Origin: an uncultured Acidobacteriaceae bacterium
GTDB lineage: Bacteria > Acidobacteriota > Terriglobia > Terriglobales > Acidobacteriaceae
Direction: 5' to 3'
DNA: 64,000 nt
NCBI GenBank assembly: GCA_963818865.1
Contig: CAWFTQ010000007.1
Span: forward strand, 273,763-337,762
This document shows, in pieces, positions 24,457 through 34,055 of the stretch. The position numbers and the translations under genes are program-made. The notes beneath the pieces are model-generated. The model was not told the DNA's origin and searched no databases. It saw nothing but the letters and a program-made list of their open reading frames with translations. The first letter of the stretch is position 1. Every line of letters starts with the position of its first letter.

Positions 24457-25719
24457 TTATCCTGTCTTGCCGGTAATGTAACCCACTACCAGTGCCAGGG
24501 ATAATCCGGCGACGAGGATGGTTGTTCCCCAGGCTATGGCATTGAATAAGTGCGAATTCACATACTCTCCCATCAATTCCTTCTTGTTAATCAGCAGGAG
24601 CATAAAAATCAATACAAATGGCAGGACGATTCCGTTCACAACCTGCGACCACAGCACGATTCTTACCAGTTGCGGTCCGGGGATCAGCAGCACGAGGATC
24701 GCACCAGCCAGGATTAACAGAGTGTAGAGCCAGTAGAAAAACGGGGCCTCGGCGAATTTCTTATCGACACCGGATTCAAAGCCCAGGCCCTCGCAGACTG
24801 TGTATGCGGTGGAAAGCGGTAGAATCGACGCGGCGAACAGCGAGGCATTGAACAGGCCCACGGCAAACAAAATGTAGGCATATTGCCCCGCCAATGGTTT
24901 GAGCGCTTGCGCGGCGTCCGCAGCGTACTTGATGTCGCGGAAACCGTGCACGTACAGCGTGGCTGCGCAGGCGACAATAATGAACCACGCCACCACGTCG
25001 GTGAAGATGCAGCCTGTGATTACATCCCAGCGCGAAGCTTTGAGTCCGCGACGGGTTACGCCTTTTTCAACGATGGACGACTGAAGATAGAACTGCATCC
25101 AGGGAGCGATGGTTGTTCCTATCACGCCGATTACCATGAATAAATATGCCTGGTCACGGAAGGCTTTGAGGGCGGGCGGTTTAATGGTTGCAACCGCGGC
25201 ATCTTTCCACAAGGGATGCGCCAATGCTCCGGCGAATATGTACGTAATGTAAAAGAACGACGCGGCGAGGAACACTTTCTCTACGCTCTTGTATTGTCCT
25301 TTGACCACGATCAGCCAAACGATCACGGCGCAGACCGGCACGGTTACAAAGCGGGACAGCCCGAATAATTCCAGACTGGTGGCGATACCAATAAATTCTG
25401 TCACCACGTTTCCGAAGTTGATGAATAGAATTGCCAGCATCATCAGAAACGTGATGCGGAGGCCGAATTCTTCGCGGATGAGGTCGCTCAGGCCCTTGCC
25501 GGTGACCGCGCCCATGCGCGCGCTCATCTCCTGCACGACGATCAGCGCCAGGGTAATCGGGATCATGGTCCAGAGCAGGAGAAATCCGTACTGGGCCCCA
25601 GCCTGCGAGTAGACCAGAATGCCGCCCGCATCGTTGTCGACGTTGGCCGTGATGATTCCCGGCCCTACCACTGCGAGGAACAGAAGGGTCCGGCTTTTCC
25701 AGCGTCTGAGAGGTCTCAT
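24457..25719 (-). CDS. NRAMP/SLC11-family transporter with non-canonical (NRMT-like) metal-site residues
   Basis: 420 aa with about 11 TM segments. TM1 reads VDNDAGG instead of DPGN. TM6 reads TTIAPWMQFYLQS instead of A-x-x-MPHN-x-YLHS. Confidence 0.85.
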   Translation of the reverse strand: MRPLRRWKSRTLLFLAVVGPGIITANVDNDAGGILVYSQAGAQYGFLLLWTMIPITLALIVVQEMSARMGAVTGKGLSDLIREEFGLRITFLMMLAILFINFGNVVTEFIGIATSLELFGLSRFVTVPVCAVIVWLIVVKGQYKSVEKVFLAASFFYITYIFAGALAHPLWKDAAVATIKPPALKAFRDQAYLFMVIGVIGTTIAPWMQFYLQSSIVEKGVTRRGLKASRWDVITGCIFTDVVAWFIIVACAATLYVHGFRDIKYAADAAQALKPLAGQYAYILFAVGLFNASLFAASILPLSTAYTVCEGLGFESGVDKKFAEAPFFYWLYTLLILAGAILVLLIPGPQLVRIVLWSQVVNGIVLPFVLIFMLLLINKKELMGEYVNSHLFNAIAWGTTILVAGLSLALVVGYITGKTG

Positions 25720-25936
25720 GCGCGCAATTCACGAACATAGGGATGGAACACAACAACTGCTAAGACAGGCGACGGAACAGAATAAACGGAACCCACAAAT
25801 CTGAACACCCCAAAAGTGTGAAATCAGAAGAAAGATTCGGCGGAGAGTCGTCGCCGTCGCCGGTTATCACTTTGTTAAACGGGGACGAGCGATACCGGTC
25901 CTACCGGGTTAAGATATTTCCAGGCTCAAAATCTGG

Positions 25937-26446
25937 ATGACCAAAAACTCTGCGCGCGCCATTTACCTTCTGATTGTCCTCGTGGTAGTCGTGCTTGACC
26001 GCTGGACAAAGCACGTGGTGGCGCAGCGAATCCGGCTTTACGCGCACATCCAGGTCATTCCAGGCTTTTTTCGCCTCACCCATACCGAAAATACCGGCGC
26101 CGCCTTCAGTCTATTCGCCGACTCGACTGCGCCCTGGAAAACCGGATTGCTCATTGCATTTTCCGTAGTCGCATTAATTGTGGTATCGGCCTTGCTGTGG
26201 AAAAACCACCATGCTCACATCGCCACCGGCGTGGGTTTGTCGCTGATCATGGGAGGTGCGTTAGGGAATCTGTGGGATCGGCTGGCCAGCGGGCGCGTGG
26301 TTGATTTTCTGCTGGTCTACGTAAAGCAGTATCAGTGGCCGGTCTTCAATTTGGCGGACAGCGCGATCGTGGTTGGGGCGGGGCTGTTGATTGTCGAGAT
26401 ACTGTTCGCTAAATCGCATGGCCACGAAAAGTCATCTCTCAGCTAG
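25937..26446 (+). CDS. lspA: Lipoprotein signal peptidase II
   Basis: GGALGNLWDR and FNLADSAI motifs. Confidence 0.9.
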   Translation: MTKNSARAIYLLIVLVVVVLDRWTKHVVAQRIRLYAHIQVIPGFFRLTHTENTGAAFSLFADSTAPWKTGLLIAFSVVALIVVSALLWKNHHAHIATGVGLSLIMGGALGNLWDRLASGRVVDFLLVYVKQYQWPVFNLADSAIVVGAGLLIVEILFAKSHGHEKSSLS

Positions 26447-26487
26447 TCTCGGCGGCACTCATGCGGTTGCTTCGGGCAGGTACAGCG

Positions 26488-28065
26488 ATGAACATGAGTT
26501 TGCGATTTCCTAAGGTTTGCATCTTCGCCACCGCCTTCATCGCCGGCATGCTCCCGGGGTTGGCTCAGGAATGGAAAGGCCGAGCGTTCCCGCCTTCGCA
26601 ACGATGTATGCCTCGTGAGGAGAACTCCAAAGAAACTGACTACGCCTCGTGGATCAGTAACTACAAAAAGGGGCCTCTCAAGGGAGGCCTGAATGACGGA
26701 CACAAAATTAAACTCACTGTTACTGTGATCGACGGCGACGACTTGAGACCTGCGAGTGACGACCTTTTTGTCTCCTGCAGCATGACGACGGCGATAAGTG
26801 TCTCAAGCGACGAAATGCTCCCAATGCAGCGGATTACTTCTCTCGCGGTCCAGGGAGGCGGCCAAGTTCGTCCGGAAGACCTCAAAGTTTTACAGCCTCT
26901 CGTTGAGAGCTTAAGTCTGCATCCTCCGGATGATTACTCGCGACTTCCGCCTCCAGGTCGTCGTATGGTTCTGCAGGTGAGAAACGGGAACAAAATCTCG
27001 GCGCGCGTTTACGATCGGGCGGACATGCCGGACAGCATTTTGGAGATACTGGGATTGACCGGAGCTACCCATGGGCCTCTGCGGTTGGATTTTGCGCCGA
27101 ATAAGACCGGAGCCCTCCCCGAGTTCGGTAGGCAAGGTATCCCGCCAGACGCGATGGACATTCGGATCCAAGAGCCGGTTGACCCGACAACGAAGAGGGT
27201 TCCTCGAGAATTTGTGACATTGGCGATCAGCCCAGACCGCTCCTATATCGTCAAGCGTTATCTCTGGATTAATCCGAGGACCGAAATCACTGATGTGAAG
27301 GACTCCACCGTAGTCCATGTCGTGCCAGAAACGATGTTGGATCAGCGCACGATTTCCGTCTACCACGCCTCGTTTACACCGGACGGCAGGTTTCTGTTGC
27401 TGTTGACGAATCTTCCGGCAATTCTTATTTTTGAGACCAAGGCTTGGCAACAAGTAGATCGGCTACCGGGATTGCCCTCTGGCGCGGTGGCATATTACCC
27501 ATCCTGGGACTGGAAGGATGGAGTTGTCGTTTCAGAAACTGGTAATGTGAGCCTGTGGAATGCATTTGAACATCGCACACTCGCCCTGCTCGACCTCGAC
27601 GGCAAGCTTCAGGACGTATCTTTTTCCCCGGATAATTCCCTGTTGGCGGTGACGAGCGTGCGCCAGAACGAGGACAAGTCCTCAACGTTTCACCTCCGCC
27701 TCTGGGACGCCAACACTGGAGGCTTTAAGCGAGAGTTAAGGTCGCTCTATTATTTTGAGCACGACGTATTTGGTCCTCCTCTGTGGTGGGAAAACGGCAA
27801 GTATCTCTTGTCTGAGACTAGAGAGAGTCACTGGGGTGGCTATGCAGTGGAAATTTGGAACGTGGAAGTCGGCAAACTTCGCGGCGGATTCTCTGGTTGC
27901 GCATACTCAAATGACCCGTTCGACGTGGCTCTTTCTGGGCAGCGACTTTTCGACAGATGCCGCGACGGAAAGCTTCTGGTGTGGGACGTTGCAGCTGCCA
28001 TTGATCAAATTGCGCAGTTTGAGAAGTCGCTCCCTGGCGGCACCGGCGCAGCACGTCAACAGTGA
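26488..28065 (+). CDS. Secreted hypothetical protein with a probable beta-propeller (WD40-like) C-terminal half
   Basis: Signal peptide MNMSLRFPKVCIFATAFIAGMLPGLAQE. Repeated blocks such as FSPDNSLLAV, LRLWD and LLVWDV. The start could be 26461. Confidence 0.55.
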   Translation: MNMSLRFPKVCIFATAFIAGMLPGLAQEWKGRAFPPSQRCMPREENSKETDYASWISNYKKGPLKGGLNDGHKIKLTVTVIDGDDLRPASDDLFVSCSMTTAISVSSDEMLPMQRITSLAVQGGGQVRPEDLKVLQPLVESLSLHPPDDYSRLPPPGRRMVLQVRNGNKISARVYDRADMPDSILEILGLTGATHGPLRLDFAPNKTGALPEFGRQGIPPDAMDIRIQEPVDPTTKRVPREFVTLAISPDRSYIVKRYLWINPRTEITDVKDSTVVHVVPETMLDQRTISVYHASFTPDGRFLLLLTNLPAILIFETKAWQQVDRLPGLPSGAVAYYPSWDWKDGVVVSETGNVSLWNAFEHRTLALLDLDGKLQDVSFSPDNSLLAVTSVRQNEDKSSTFHLRLWDANTGGFKRELRSLYYFEHDVFGPPLWWENGKYLLSETRESHWGGYAVEIWNVEVGKLRGGFSGCAYSNDPFDVALSGQRLFDRCRDGKLLVWDVAAAIDQIAQFEKSLPGGTGAARQQ

Positions 28066-28089
28066 TGTGGCGATCGAGAGCGCCCGCCT

Positions 28090-30492
28090 CTACGGCGTCC
28101 CATACAGCTGCCTGTACACGCTGGCATTCCGCAAAATAGCCTGCACATATTCCCGCGTTTCGGTGAACGGAATCGATTCCACGAACTCCTGCGGATCGCG
28201 ATATTTTCCCTGGGCAAGCCACTCGTCCACGCGGTCCGATCCCGCGTTGTAGGCGGCCAGCGCGTATTCGAATGATCCGCCAAACTTGTCCACCATGCCT
28301 TTGAAGTAGCGCGTTCCTAGCTGCATATTCACCGCCGGGGTATACAACTGGCTGGCGTTGAAGCGCTTCAGTTTCACTTCTTTGGCCACGGCTTTGCCGG
28401 TCTTGGGCAGCAACTGCATCAGGCCAACCGCATTCGCGCGCGAAACTGCGTTGGGATTGAACTCCGATTCCTGCCGGATGAGAGACGCCACCAGGTAAGG
28501 ATCGAGCCCATTGGCGGCAGAGCTTCGTTTCAGGTCGCTCCAGTAAGGCTTGGGAAACAGTGCCTCCCAGTATTTTCGCGGCAGGTCTGGAATGTCGAGG
28601 GCAAAGTAGTTCGGGGCCGAGTGCTTCATGTACTCGATGGCGCGGTCGTAGTGCCCGGTCTCCACATAGAGTTGCGCGGTTTCCGCCGGCGCCCAACTGC
28701 CACCGTCAGCAGCGGCGGCCGCTTGCAGTTCGCGCACGGCAAAATCGACGAGGCCGCCGTTGCCGAGCAGTTGTGCTTTCTGCACGTGGAGTTCATCCGT
28801 GGGCGGTTCCGTCTCCGTTATTTTTTCAGCGTGGCTGAGGGGCGGAACTCGGTCGAGAGTCGCGTACTGTGTCACTGCCGCCGCGTCGGTTGCAGCAGGG
28901 AGGTGCTTCATCCGCTGCCTGGCCAACTCCGCATAATAAAAGTTGCGATAGCGATCGGAAAGTTTTTCGTAGAACGCCCGCGCCATGACGAACTCATTGT
29001 CTTCCTCAGCCAGACGAGCGCGCCAATAGAGAGCCGCAGGTGTTTCCGCGCCCGAGGGATAGAGCGCAATCTGTTCCTCAAAAGCTTTTTTCGCATCCTC
29101 GTTGCGTCCCTGGCGCAGCGTGAGCCAGGCCGCTTTCCAGTGCACATAGGATGCGCGCGGGCCATCTGGAAAACGCTGCTGTGCCTCGCGGAAGGCGTCG
29201 AGAGCCTGGTCGTACTCGTGATGCACAAGGTGCAAGTTAGCCGCAGAGAGGAGTGCCTGCTCCAGCCACGGGCTGGCGGGGGCGGCGCGCCGTAAGTCCT
29301 CGACCGTCCGATAGAACGTCTCGTTGTCATTGGCCGCCCATGCGATTTGGCCCAGCAGATAAAACCGCTGAGCATTCAATTCGCCAGAGACATTGCCGAG
29401 GAGGGCCAACACCTGCTTGGCGTCTCGATTCTTCCCGCTGCGATGCAGCGCGTCCGCCAGAGACAATTGCACAGCTGGCCGCACCTCAGCGCTGACCTGG
29501 TTGGCCAGAGAGCGGTATTCGTCCGCCGCGTCCGCATAGCGCTTTCGGCTGATCAGGCCCTCAGCCCGGGTTCTGAGCTGTGCCGTTGTCGGCGGAGGCG
29601 CGGACGGCAGTTTTTTTAACTCGGCATACGCGGCGTCGGCCTCGGCGCTGGCCGGCATGGTGTAGTAAATATTCCCAAGAGTATCGGCCGCTTTCGAACT
29701 TTGACCGGACGCCGCATAGGCGCGTCCCAGCGCGAATTCAACGTCCGAGCGGATCGGTACACGAATCTTTTCCAGCAATCCCGCCGCTTCCGCCGCTTGC
29801 CCCTCGAGCAGTAGCGCATCGGCATAACTTACTTCGGCGTCCCGCACCAGCAGCGAATCCGGATGTGTTTTGGCGAAGTCAGCCAGCGTCGCCAGGGCCT
29901 CGGCGGTGTGCCCAGTTTGCAGGTAAGAGATTCCGAGATAGTAAGCAACGTAATCGCCCAGGTCCCCCGCATGGATTTTCGCACGGCTGAGCGGGTCGAT
30001 CGCCTGGGCATAATCCTTATCCAGCACGTGCGCGTAGCCGAGCACCAACCAGGCCAGTGCTCCGGCGTCTTCTTTGGCGTGGGCACGGGCGTAGGCCTGG
30101 ACTCCGGCGTAGGCCGGCAAAGTGCGATCCTGGAGGAGCTGTTGCGCCATGGGCCGCAAACTCGCCGACGCCACGAAGGCTTGGCGCATGCGCCGGACGC
30201 GCGGAGAAACCGTGTGCGGCTTTCGTGCGCTGGTGTTGTGACGCTTAGCGCCGCTCGCTGCCGGCTTGCTGCCGGCGGGCGCTCTATGGGTTGCAGGCTT
30301 ACTGGGGGTGCTCTCCTTGTTGCTGCTCGGAGCAATCTGCGCAGGCTTCACCGGGGACGTGGCTTCCTGGTCCTGCGAAGAATTAGACAGAAGTGCCAAC
30401 AGCACTTCCGCTGATACCAGCGGAGCGCCAAACAAGCTGCAGAGGAGCACAGCGACGAGTACCCACCACCCCTTGGAGACTAATCGAACCAC
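28090..30492 (-). CDS. slt: Soluble lytic murein transglycosylase (Slt70-like, TPR/superhelical N-domain)
   Basis: Catalytic block IRQESEFNPNAVSRANAVGLMQLLP plus AYNAG. Confidence 0.85.
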   Translation of the reverse strand: MVRLVSKGWWVLVAVLLCSLFGAPLVSAEVLLALLSNSSQDQEATSPVKPAQIAPSSNKESTPSKPATHRAPAGSKPAASGAKRHNTSARKPHTVSPRVRRMRQAFVASASLRPMAQQLLQDRTLPAYAGVQAYARAHAKEDAGALAWLVLGYAHVLDKDYAQAIDPLSRAKIHAGDLGDYVAYYLGISYLQTGHTAEALATLADFAKTHPDSLLVRDAEVSYADALLLEGQAAEAAGLLEKIRVPIRSDVEFALGRAYAASGQSSKAADTLGNIYYTMPASAEADAAYAELKKLPSAPPPTTAQLRTRAEGLISRKRYADAADEYRSLANQVSAEVRPAVQLSLADALHRSGKNRDAKQVLALLGNVSGELNAQRFYLLGQIAWAANDNETFYRTVEDLRRAAPASPWLEQALLSAANLHLVHHEYDQALDAFREAQQRFPDGPRASYVHWKAAWLTLRQGRNEDAKKAFEEQIALYPSGAETPAALYWRARLAEEDNEFVMARAFYEKLSDRYRNFYYAELARQRMKHLPAATDAAAVTQYATLDRVPPLSHAEKITETEPPTDELHVQKAQLLGNGGLVDFAVRELQAAAAADGGSWAPAETAQLYVETGHYDRAIEYMKHSAPNYFALDIPDLPRKYWEALFPKPYWSDLKRSSAANGLDPYLVASLIRQESEFNPNAVSRANAVGLMQLLPKTGKAVAKEVKLKRFNASQLYTPAVNMQLGTRYFKGMVDKFGGSFEYALAAYNAGSDRVDEWLAQGKYRDPQEFVESIPFTETREYVQAILRNASVYRQLYGTP

Positions 30493-30542
30493 TTTTTACT
30501 TTTTTCGCGCAACTACAACGGCCAGAGAAATTCACGCAAAAT

Positions 30543-31775
30543 CTAGCGCCGGAAATTCGGCCCCATGATGGAGAGGTCGTCTTCCGCGAGACTCCGCACC
30601 AACTCATTCTGAAAATAATCCCCGCTTGCAGCCACAGTGCTGCCGTAACGCTTCTGGAAGGTACCCCGGCTTTTATCGATATCTTCCTTCAAACGGTCGT
30701 ATAAGTCTTTGTTGCGCCGGCCCTCTGCAACCTTCGCCTGGTTGTAAAGCTTGATCTCATCCACCAGCAGCCGCGCGAAGCGCTGCGCTTTACGGTGGAC
30801 GTCTGCGTCCTCCGGTGAGAGGCCGGCCAAGGGATCAGTGGCTGCGGCTGGCGCGGCCGCGCCGGTAGAGTGCGCTGAAGCCACTTCCACCACTTCAGCC
30901 GCGGGTTCGGGCTTGACTGGAACGCTGGCGGGTACATGCTTGGGCGCGTGACTGGCGAATGGATCGGAAAACGAAGATACGGTTTGCACCGGCGGAGCGG
31001 CGCGCTCAACGCTGCTGGGCGCGTCCGCGTCTTCTCTAGACGCCGTCAGCTTGCGCAGCGAGATGACCTCTAACCATCCGCTGGTTGCAATCACCAGCAA
31101 TTCCAGGGCGTCGGCATCCAGCCTGCCGCTGTCGCCGCCGTCGGCATAAACCAGCGCTGCCACTTTGTCCTTGAGCGCCAGCGGCAATACCAGCACCTGT
31201 TCGTTGGCGGGGCCGCCGAACTGCTCGACGAATCGTCCGCCCATTTCCGCGATGTTTCCCGGCGTCGCCACACGATTTTGATAAGTGTGCGCCACCGGCC
31301 CCGCGGTAAGATCGAGGGGAAAATCCTTCACTACTTCTTCATCGCCGAAGCCGCGCGATTGCCATCCCGATGCCGCTCCCGCTTTCACCACGAATAGCGC
31401 GATGCGAGAACAATGCTCACTGCCCGCGTCCAGCAGAGCGCGCAAAATTTCTTTCTGAGTGGAACCCGCATGAATCTTGCCAACGGCATGAACCAAGGGC
31501 TTCGACTGTGCTCCGGCCGGCGCGGGAGTTTCGCCGTACTGGCTGGGCAAAGCGTCCAGCACCTGCTGCACAATTTGCGCCTGCAGTGCTGGGACCTGCG
31601 CTTGAAGGGCCTGTGAAACGGCGCTCGCGACTATCTTTTCGATCTCGATGTGTTGCCCCTCGTTCTGTTTCTGATTCCGTTCCGACATGCTGGGAAACCG
31701 TTTTTCCTTATAGAATCGCGCCTGCGCCTTGGCATCCGACCGAAATAGCGGCTCTAACTGCTGATTATACGGCAC
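30543..31775 (-). CDS. Hypothetical protein with a GAF-like middle domain and a conserved-looking helical C-terminal domain
   Basis: The C-terminus RKAQRFARLLVDEIKLYNQAKVAEGRRNKDLYDRLKEDIDKSR is a block I recall in uncharacterised proteins. The start is uncertain. Confidence 0.6.
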   Translation of the reverse strand: MPYNQQLEPLFRSDAKAQARFYKEKRFPSMSERNQKQNEGQHIEIEKIVASAVSQALQAQVPALQAQIVQQVLDALPSQYGETPAPAGAQSKPLVHAVGKIHAGSTQKEILRALLDAGSEHCSRIALFVVKAGAASGWQSRGFGDEEVVKDFPLDLTAGPVAHTYQNRVATPGNIAEMGGRFVEQFGGPANEQVLVLPLALKDKVAALVYADGGDSGRLDADALELLVIATSGWLEVISLRKLTASREDADAPSSVERAAPPVQTVSSFSDPFASHAPKHVPASVPVKPEPAAEVVEVASAHSTGAAAPAAATDPLAGLSPEDADVHRKAQRFARLLVDEIKLYNQAKVAEGRRNKDLYDRLKEDIDKSRGTFQKRYGSTVAASGDYFQNELVRSLAEDDLSIMGPNFRR

Positions 31776-31963
31776 TTGTGGGACTGTCCCAGAGTACTTC
31801 GGTACCTGTTCAACCGCGTGCCCCGCAATCTCGACTCTACCTCAATCTTATTCCGCTTCGAAGCCTGAAAGCGATTGGGCAAATACGCGGGCACCAAGTA
31901 GAATAACAGTTCGCCTTTCAGTACCGCGGTCGGTTGCCCGCAAAATACTGCATCGCAGAGAGA

Positions 31964-32593
31964 ATGGAAACCATCCAAAACAAACTAGAAGGGCCTGTCA
32001 CCGATGAGCTAACGCTGGTGCGGGCGGCCAAGCAAGGCGACGACTCAGCCTTCGAGGAGTTGGTTCGCAGATACGACCGTAACGTCTTTCGGATCGCGCA
32101 ACACATCACGCAAAACCGCGAGGATGCGGAAGATGTGGTGCAGGAAGCGTTTCTGAAGGCGTACGGAAATTTGCAGAAGTTTCAGGAGCAGTCGAAGTTT
32201 TATACCTGGCTGGTGCGCATCGCTGTCAACGAAGCGTTGATGAAGTTGCGCCGCAAGAAGCCAGAGCGCACGGTTTCGCTGGACGAGGACATTAAGACGG
32301 AAGATGATTCGCTTCCGCGTGAGATTGCCGATTGGAGCCCTAATCCTGAGCAGCAGTACACCCAGGCGGAGTTGAGAGAGATTTTGAGCAAGACGATCCA
32401 AGGCCTTCCCCCAGGCTTTCGGACCGTGTTTGTACTGAGAGACGTGGAAGGACTTTCGACCGAAGAAACTGCGGCGGCCTTGGAGTTGAGCGTGCCGGCA
32501 GTGAAGTCGCGGTTGTTGCGGGCCCGGCTGCAGCTGCGCGAACGCTTGGGACGGTACTTCCAGAAGCGCGAGAGTGGAGATGGCAACCAGTGA
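31964..32593 (+). CDS. ECF (sigma-70 family, sigma-E type) RNA polymerase sigma factor
   Basis: Region 2 DAEDVVQEAFLKAY and region 4 FVLRDVEGLSTEETAAALELSVPAVKSRLLRAR. A TTG at 31934 is an alternative start. Confidence 0.9.
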   Translation: METIQNKLEGPVTDELTLVRAAKQGDDSAFEELVRRYDRNVFRIAQHITQNREDAEDVVQEAFLKAYGNLQKFQEQSKFYTWLVRIAVNEALMKLRRKKPERTVSLDEDIKTEDDSLPREIADWSPNPEQQYTQAELREILSKTIQGLPPGFRTVFVLRDVEGLSTEETAAALELSVPAVKSRLLRARLQLRERLGRYFQKRESGDGNQ

Positions 32594-32847
32594 AATGTTC
32601 TGAATTTTTGCACGAGTTGACCAATTATTTGGACGGCGTGATCGACGAGACCACTAAGGTCGAACTGGAGAACCACCTCTCCTGGTGCCATAACTGCTAT
32701 GTGGTTTGCGATACCACGAAGAAGACGATTGAGATCTATCGCGACTCTCAACTCTACGAACTGCCCGAAGACCTGCGCAGCCGGCTCCGTTCGGCCATCA
32801 TGACCAAGTGCCAGCAGCACAAGAAGCGCGGTCCCGAAAGCGTGTGA
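32590..32847 (+). CDS. Soluble zinc-binding anti-sigma factor (ZAS, zf-HC2)
   Basis: ATGA overlap with the sigma gene. H-x3-C-x2-C motif (HLSWCHNC). 85 aa with no TM segment. Confidence 0.8.
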   Translation: MKCSEFLHELTNYLDGVIDETTKVELENHLSWCHNCYVVCDTTKKTIEIYRDSQLYELPEDLRSRLRSAIMTKCQQHKKRGPESV

Positions 32848-32933
32848 TTTCCAGCCGAAAACTTTGAAGCAGCAGCAACCCTGCAGCCTTCGACTCCATC
32901 GCATATAATGAGCATCACGCCTGGGGGTGCTGC

Positions 32934-34043
32934 ATGCTACGCTGTCGGACTACAACCCTTCTCGCTTCTCCGATTCTGTTCGCTTCGGTTCTGGTTTACG
33001 GGCAGGCGAACTCAGACGGAAAAACTCAGCCTGCTCCGTCGGCTTCCTCGACTAAACAGCCAAGTGATCCAACTGAGGCGCCGAGTCCCGCTTCGATCCC
33101 TACTAATGCGCCGCGTATATCCAGGGAAACCCGCTTACAGATTATCCGCGATTTTGAGACTCAACTGGTTTATGCGAGGACTGCCTTTCCCATGGGAACC
33201 AAGGGGCTGCAGTTGAAAGAGGGAACGATCACCCCTAATGGTATCGAATTGGAGCAGATGCTAAACCTCTGGGGACCGGCGGTAAAGCCGGGTGATCCCG
33301 CGCACATTTCCTTTGTCCAGATCAAGAACGACCACATTCACTTCGAGATCAATGGCGGACCGGTACGCAGGCAAAAATGGTATCAGCGCGTGCAGATCTC
33401 CGGAACCTACGGTCAGCCCGTGGCGGGCGGGGAAGGGCCGCAAACCAATGCGCATGGATCTTACGTGGATCTTTATTTCGACAAATATGTTCCTGAGATG
33501 ACGGGAGCTCAGTTGCGAAATCTGTTGTATCCGGTGCTCGATTTCAACGCCCGAAACAAGGAGCAAGCCTACCTCGACACCGTGCCTCCCAAGGTGAAGG
33601 CGGCGATTCAAGCGCATCACGTGCTGGTAGGGATGAATCAGGAGATGGTGCTCCATGCCAAGGGCAAACCTCCGAAAAAAGTTCGGGAGCGGGCCGGTGA
33701 AACGGAATACGAGGAATGGATTTACGGCGAGTCGCCGGCGGACGTCGATTTCGTTCGTTTTGTAGGCGATGAAGTGGTTCGGGTCGAGACCATGAAAGTA
33801 GATGGCCAAAAAATCGTTCGCACGGAGAAAGAAGTTATCCTGCAGCCGGACAAAGATAAAGATCAAGAAGCGAAAAAAGAGCCGAACGAGCGTCCAGCGA
33901 ACCCTCCAAGCCTGAAGCGTCCCGGGGAAGATTCGGACGACGTTCCCAAGCCCTCCAACGGAGCTCCGCCGCCGATTGTTATGCCACCACCAGACTTCCC
34001 CCAACCTCCAAGCGGGCCCGGAGAGTTAGTACCGGCGCGATAA
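32934..34043 (+). CDS. Secreted hypothetical protein with a Pro/Lys-rich C-terminus
   Basis: Signal peptide MLRCRTTTLLASPILFASVLVYGQA. No family recognised. Confidence 0.6.
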   Translation: MLRCRTTTLLASPILFASVLVYGQANSDGKTQPAPSASSTKQPSDPTEAPSPASIPTNAPRISRETRLQIIRDFETQLVYARTAFPMGTKGLQLKEGTITPNGIELEQMLNLWGPAVKPGDPAHISFVQIKNDHIHFEINGGPVRRQKWYQRVQISGTYGQPVAGGEGPQTNAHGSYVDLYFDKYVPEMTGAQLRNLLYPVLDFNARNKEQAYLDTVPPKVKAAIQAHHVLVGMNQEMVLHAKGKPPKKVRERAGETEYEEWIYGESPADVDFVRFVGDEVVRVETMKVDGQKIVRTEKEVILQPDKDKDQEAKKEPNERPANPPSLKRPGEDSDDVPKPSNGAPPPIVMPPPDFPQPPSGPGELVPAR

Positions 34044-34055
34044 TCGCCTCGTGGG

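Noticed and set aside
25720-25936. Possible Mn2+ (yybP-ykoY) riboswitch or Fur/MntR box upstream of the NRAMP gene
   Set aside because: I could not find the conserved GGGGAGUAG-type core or a convincing palindromic operator. The transporter's own metal-site residues also argue against Mn2+ specificity.
27818-28696. 292-aa minus-strand ORF spanning the end of the WD40-like gene and the slt 3' end
   Set aside because: It is in a different frame from slt, is Arg/Gly-rich, and crosses a convergent gene junction. Not credible.
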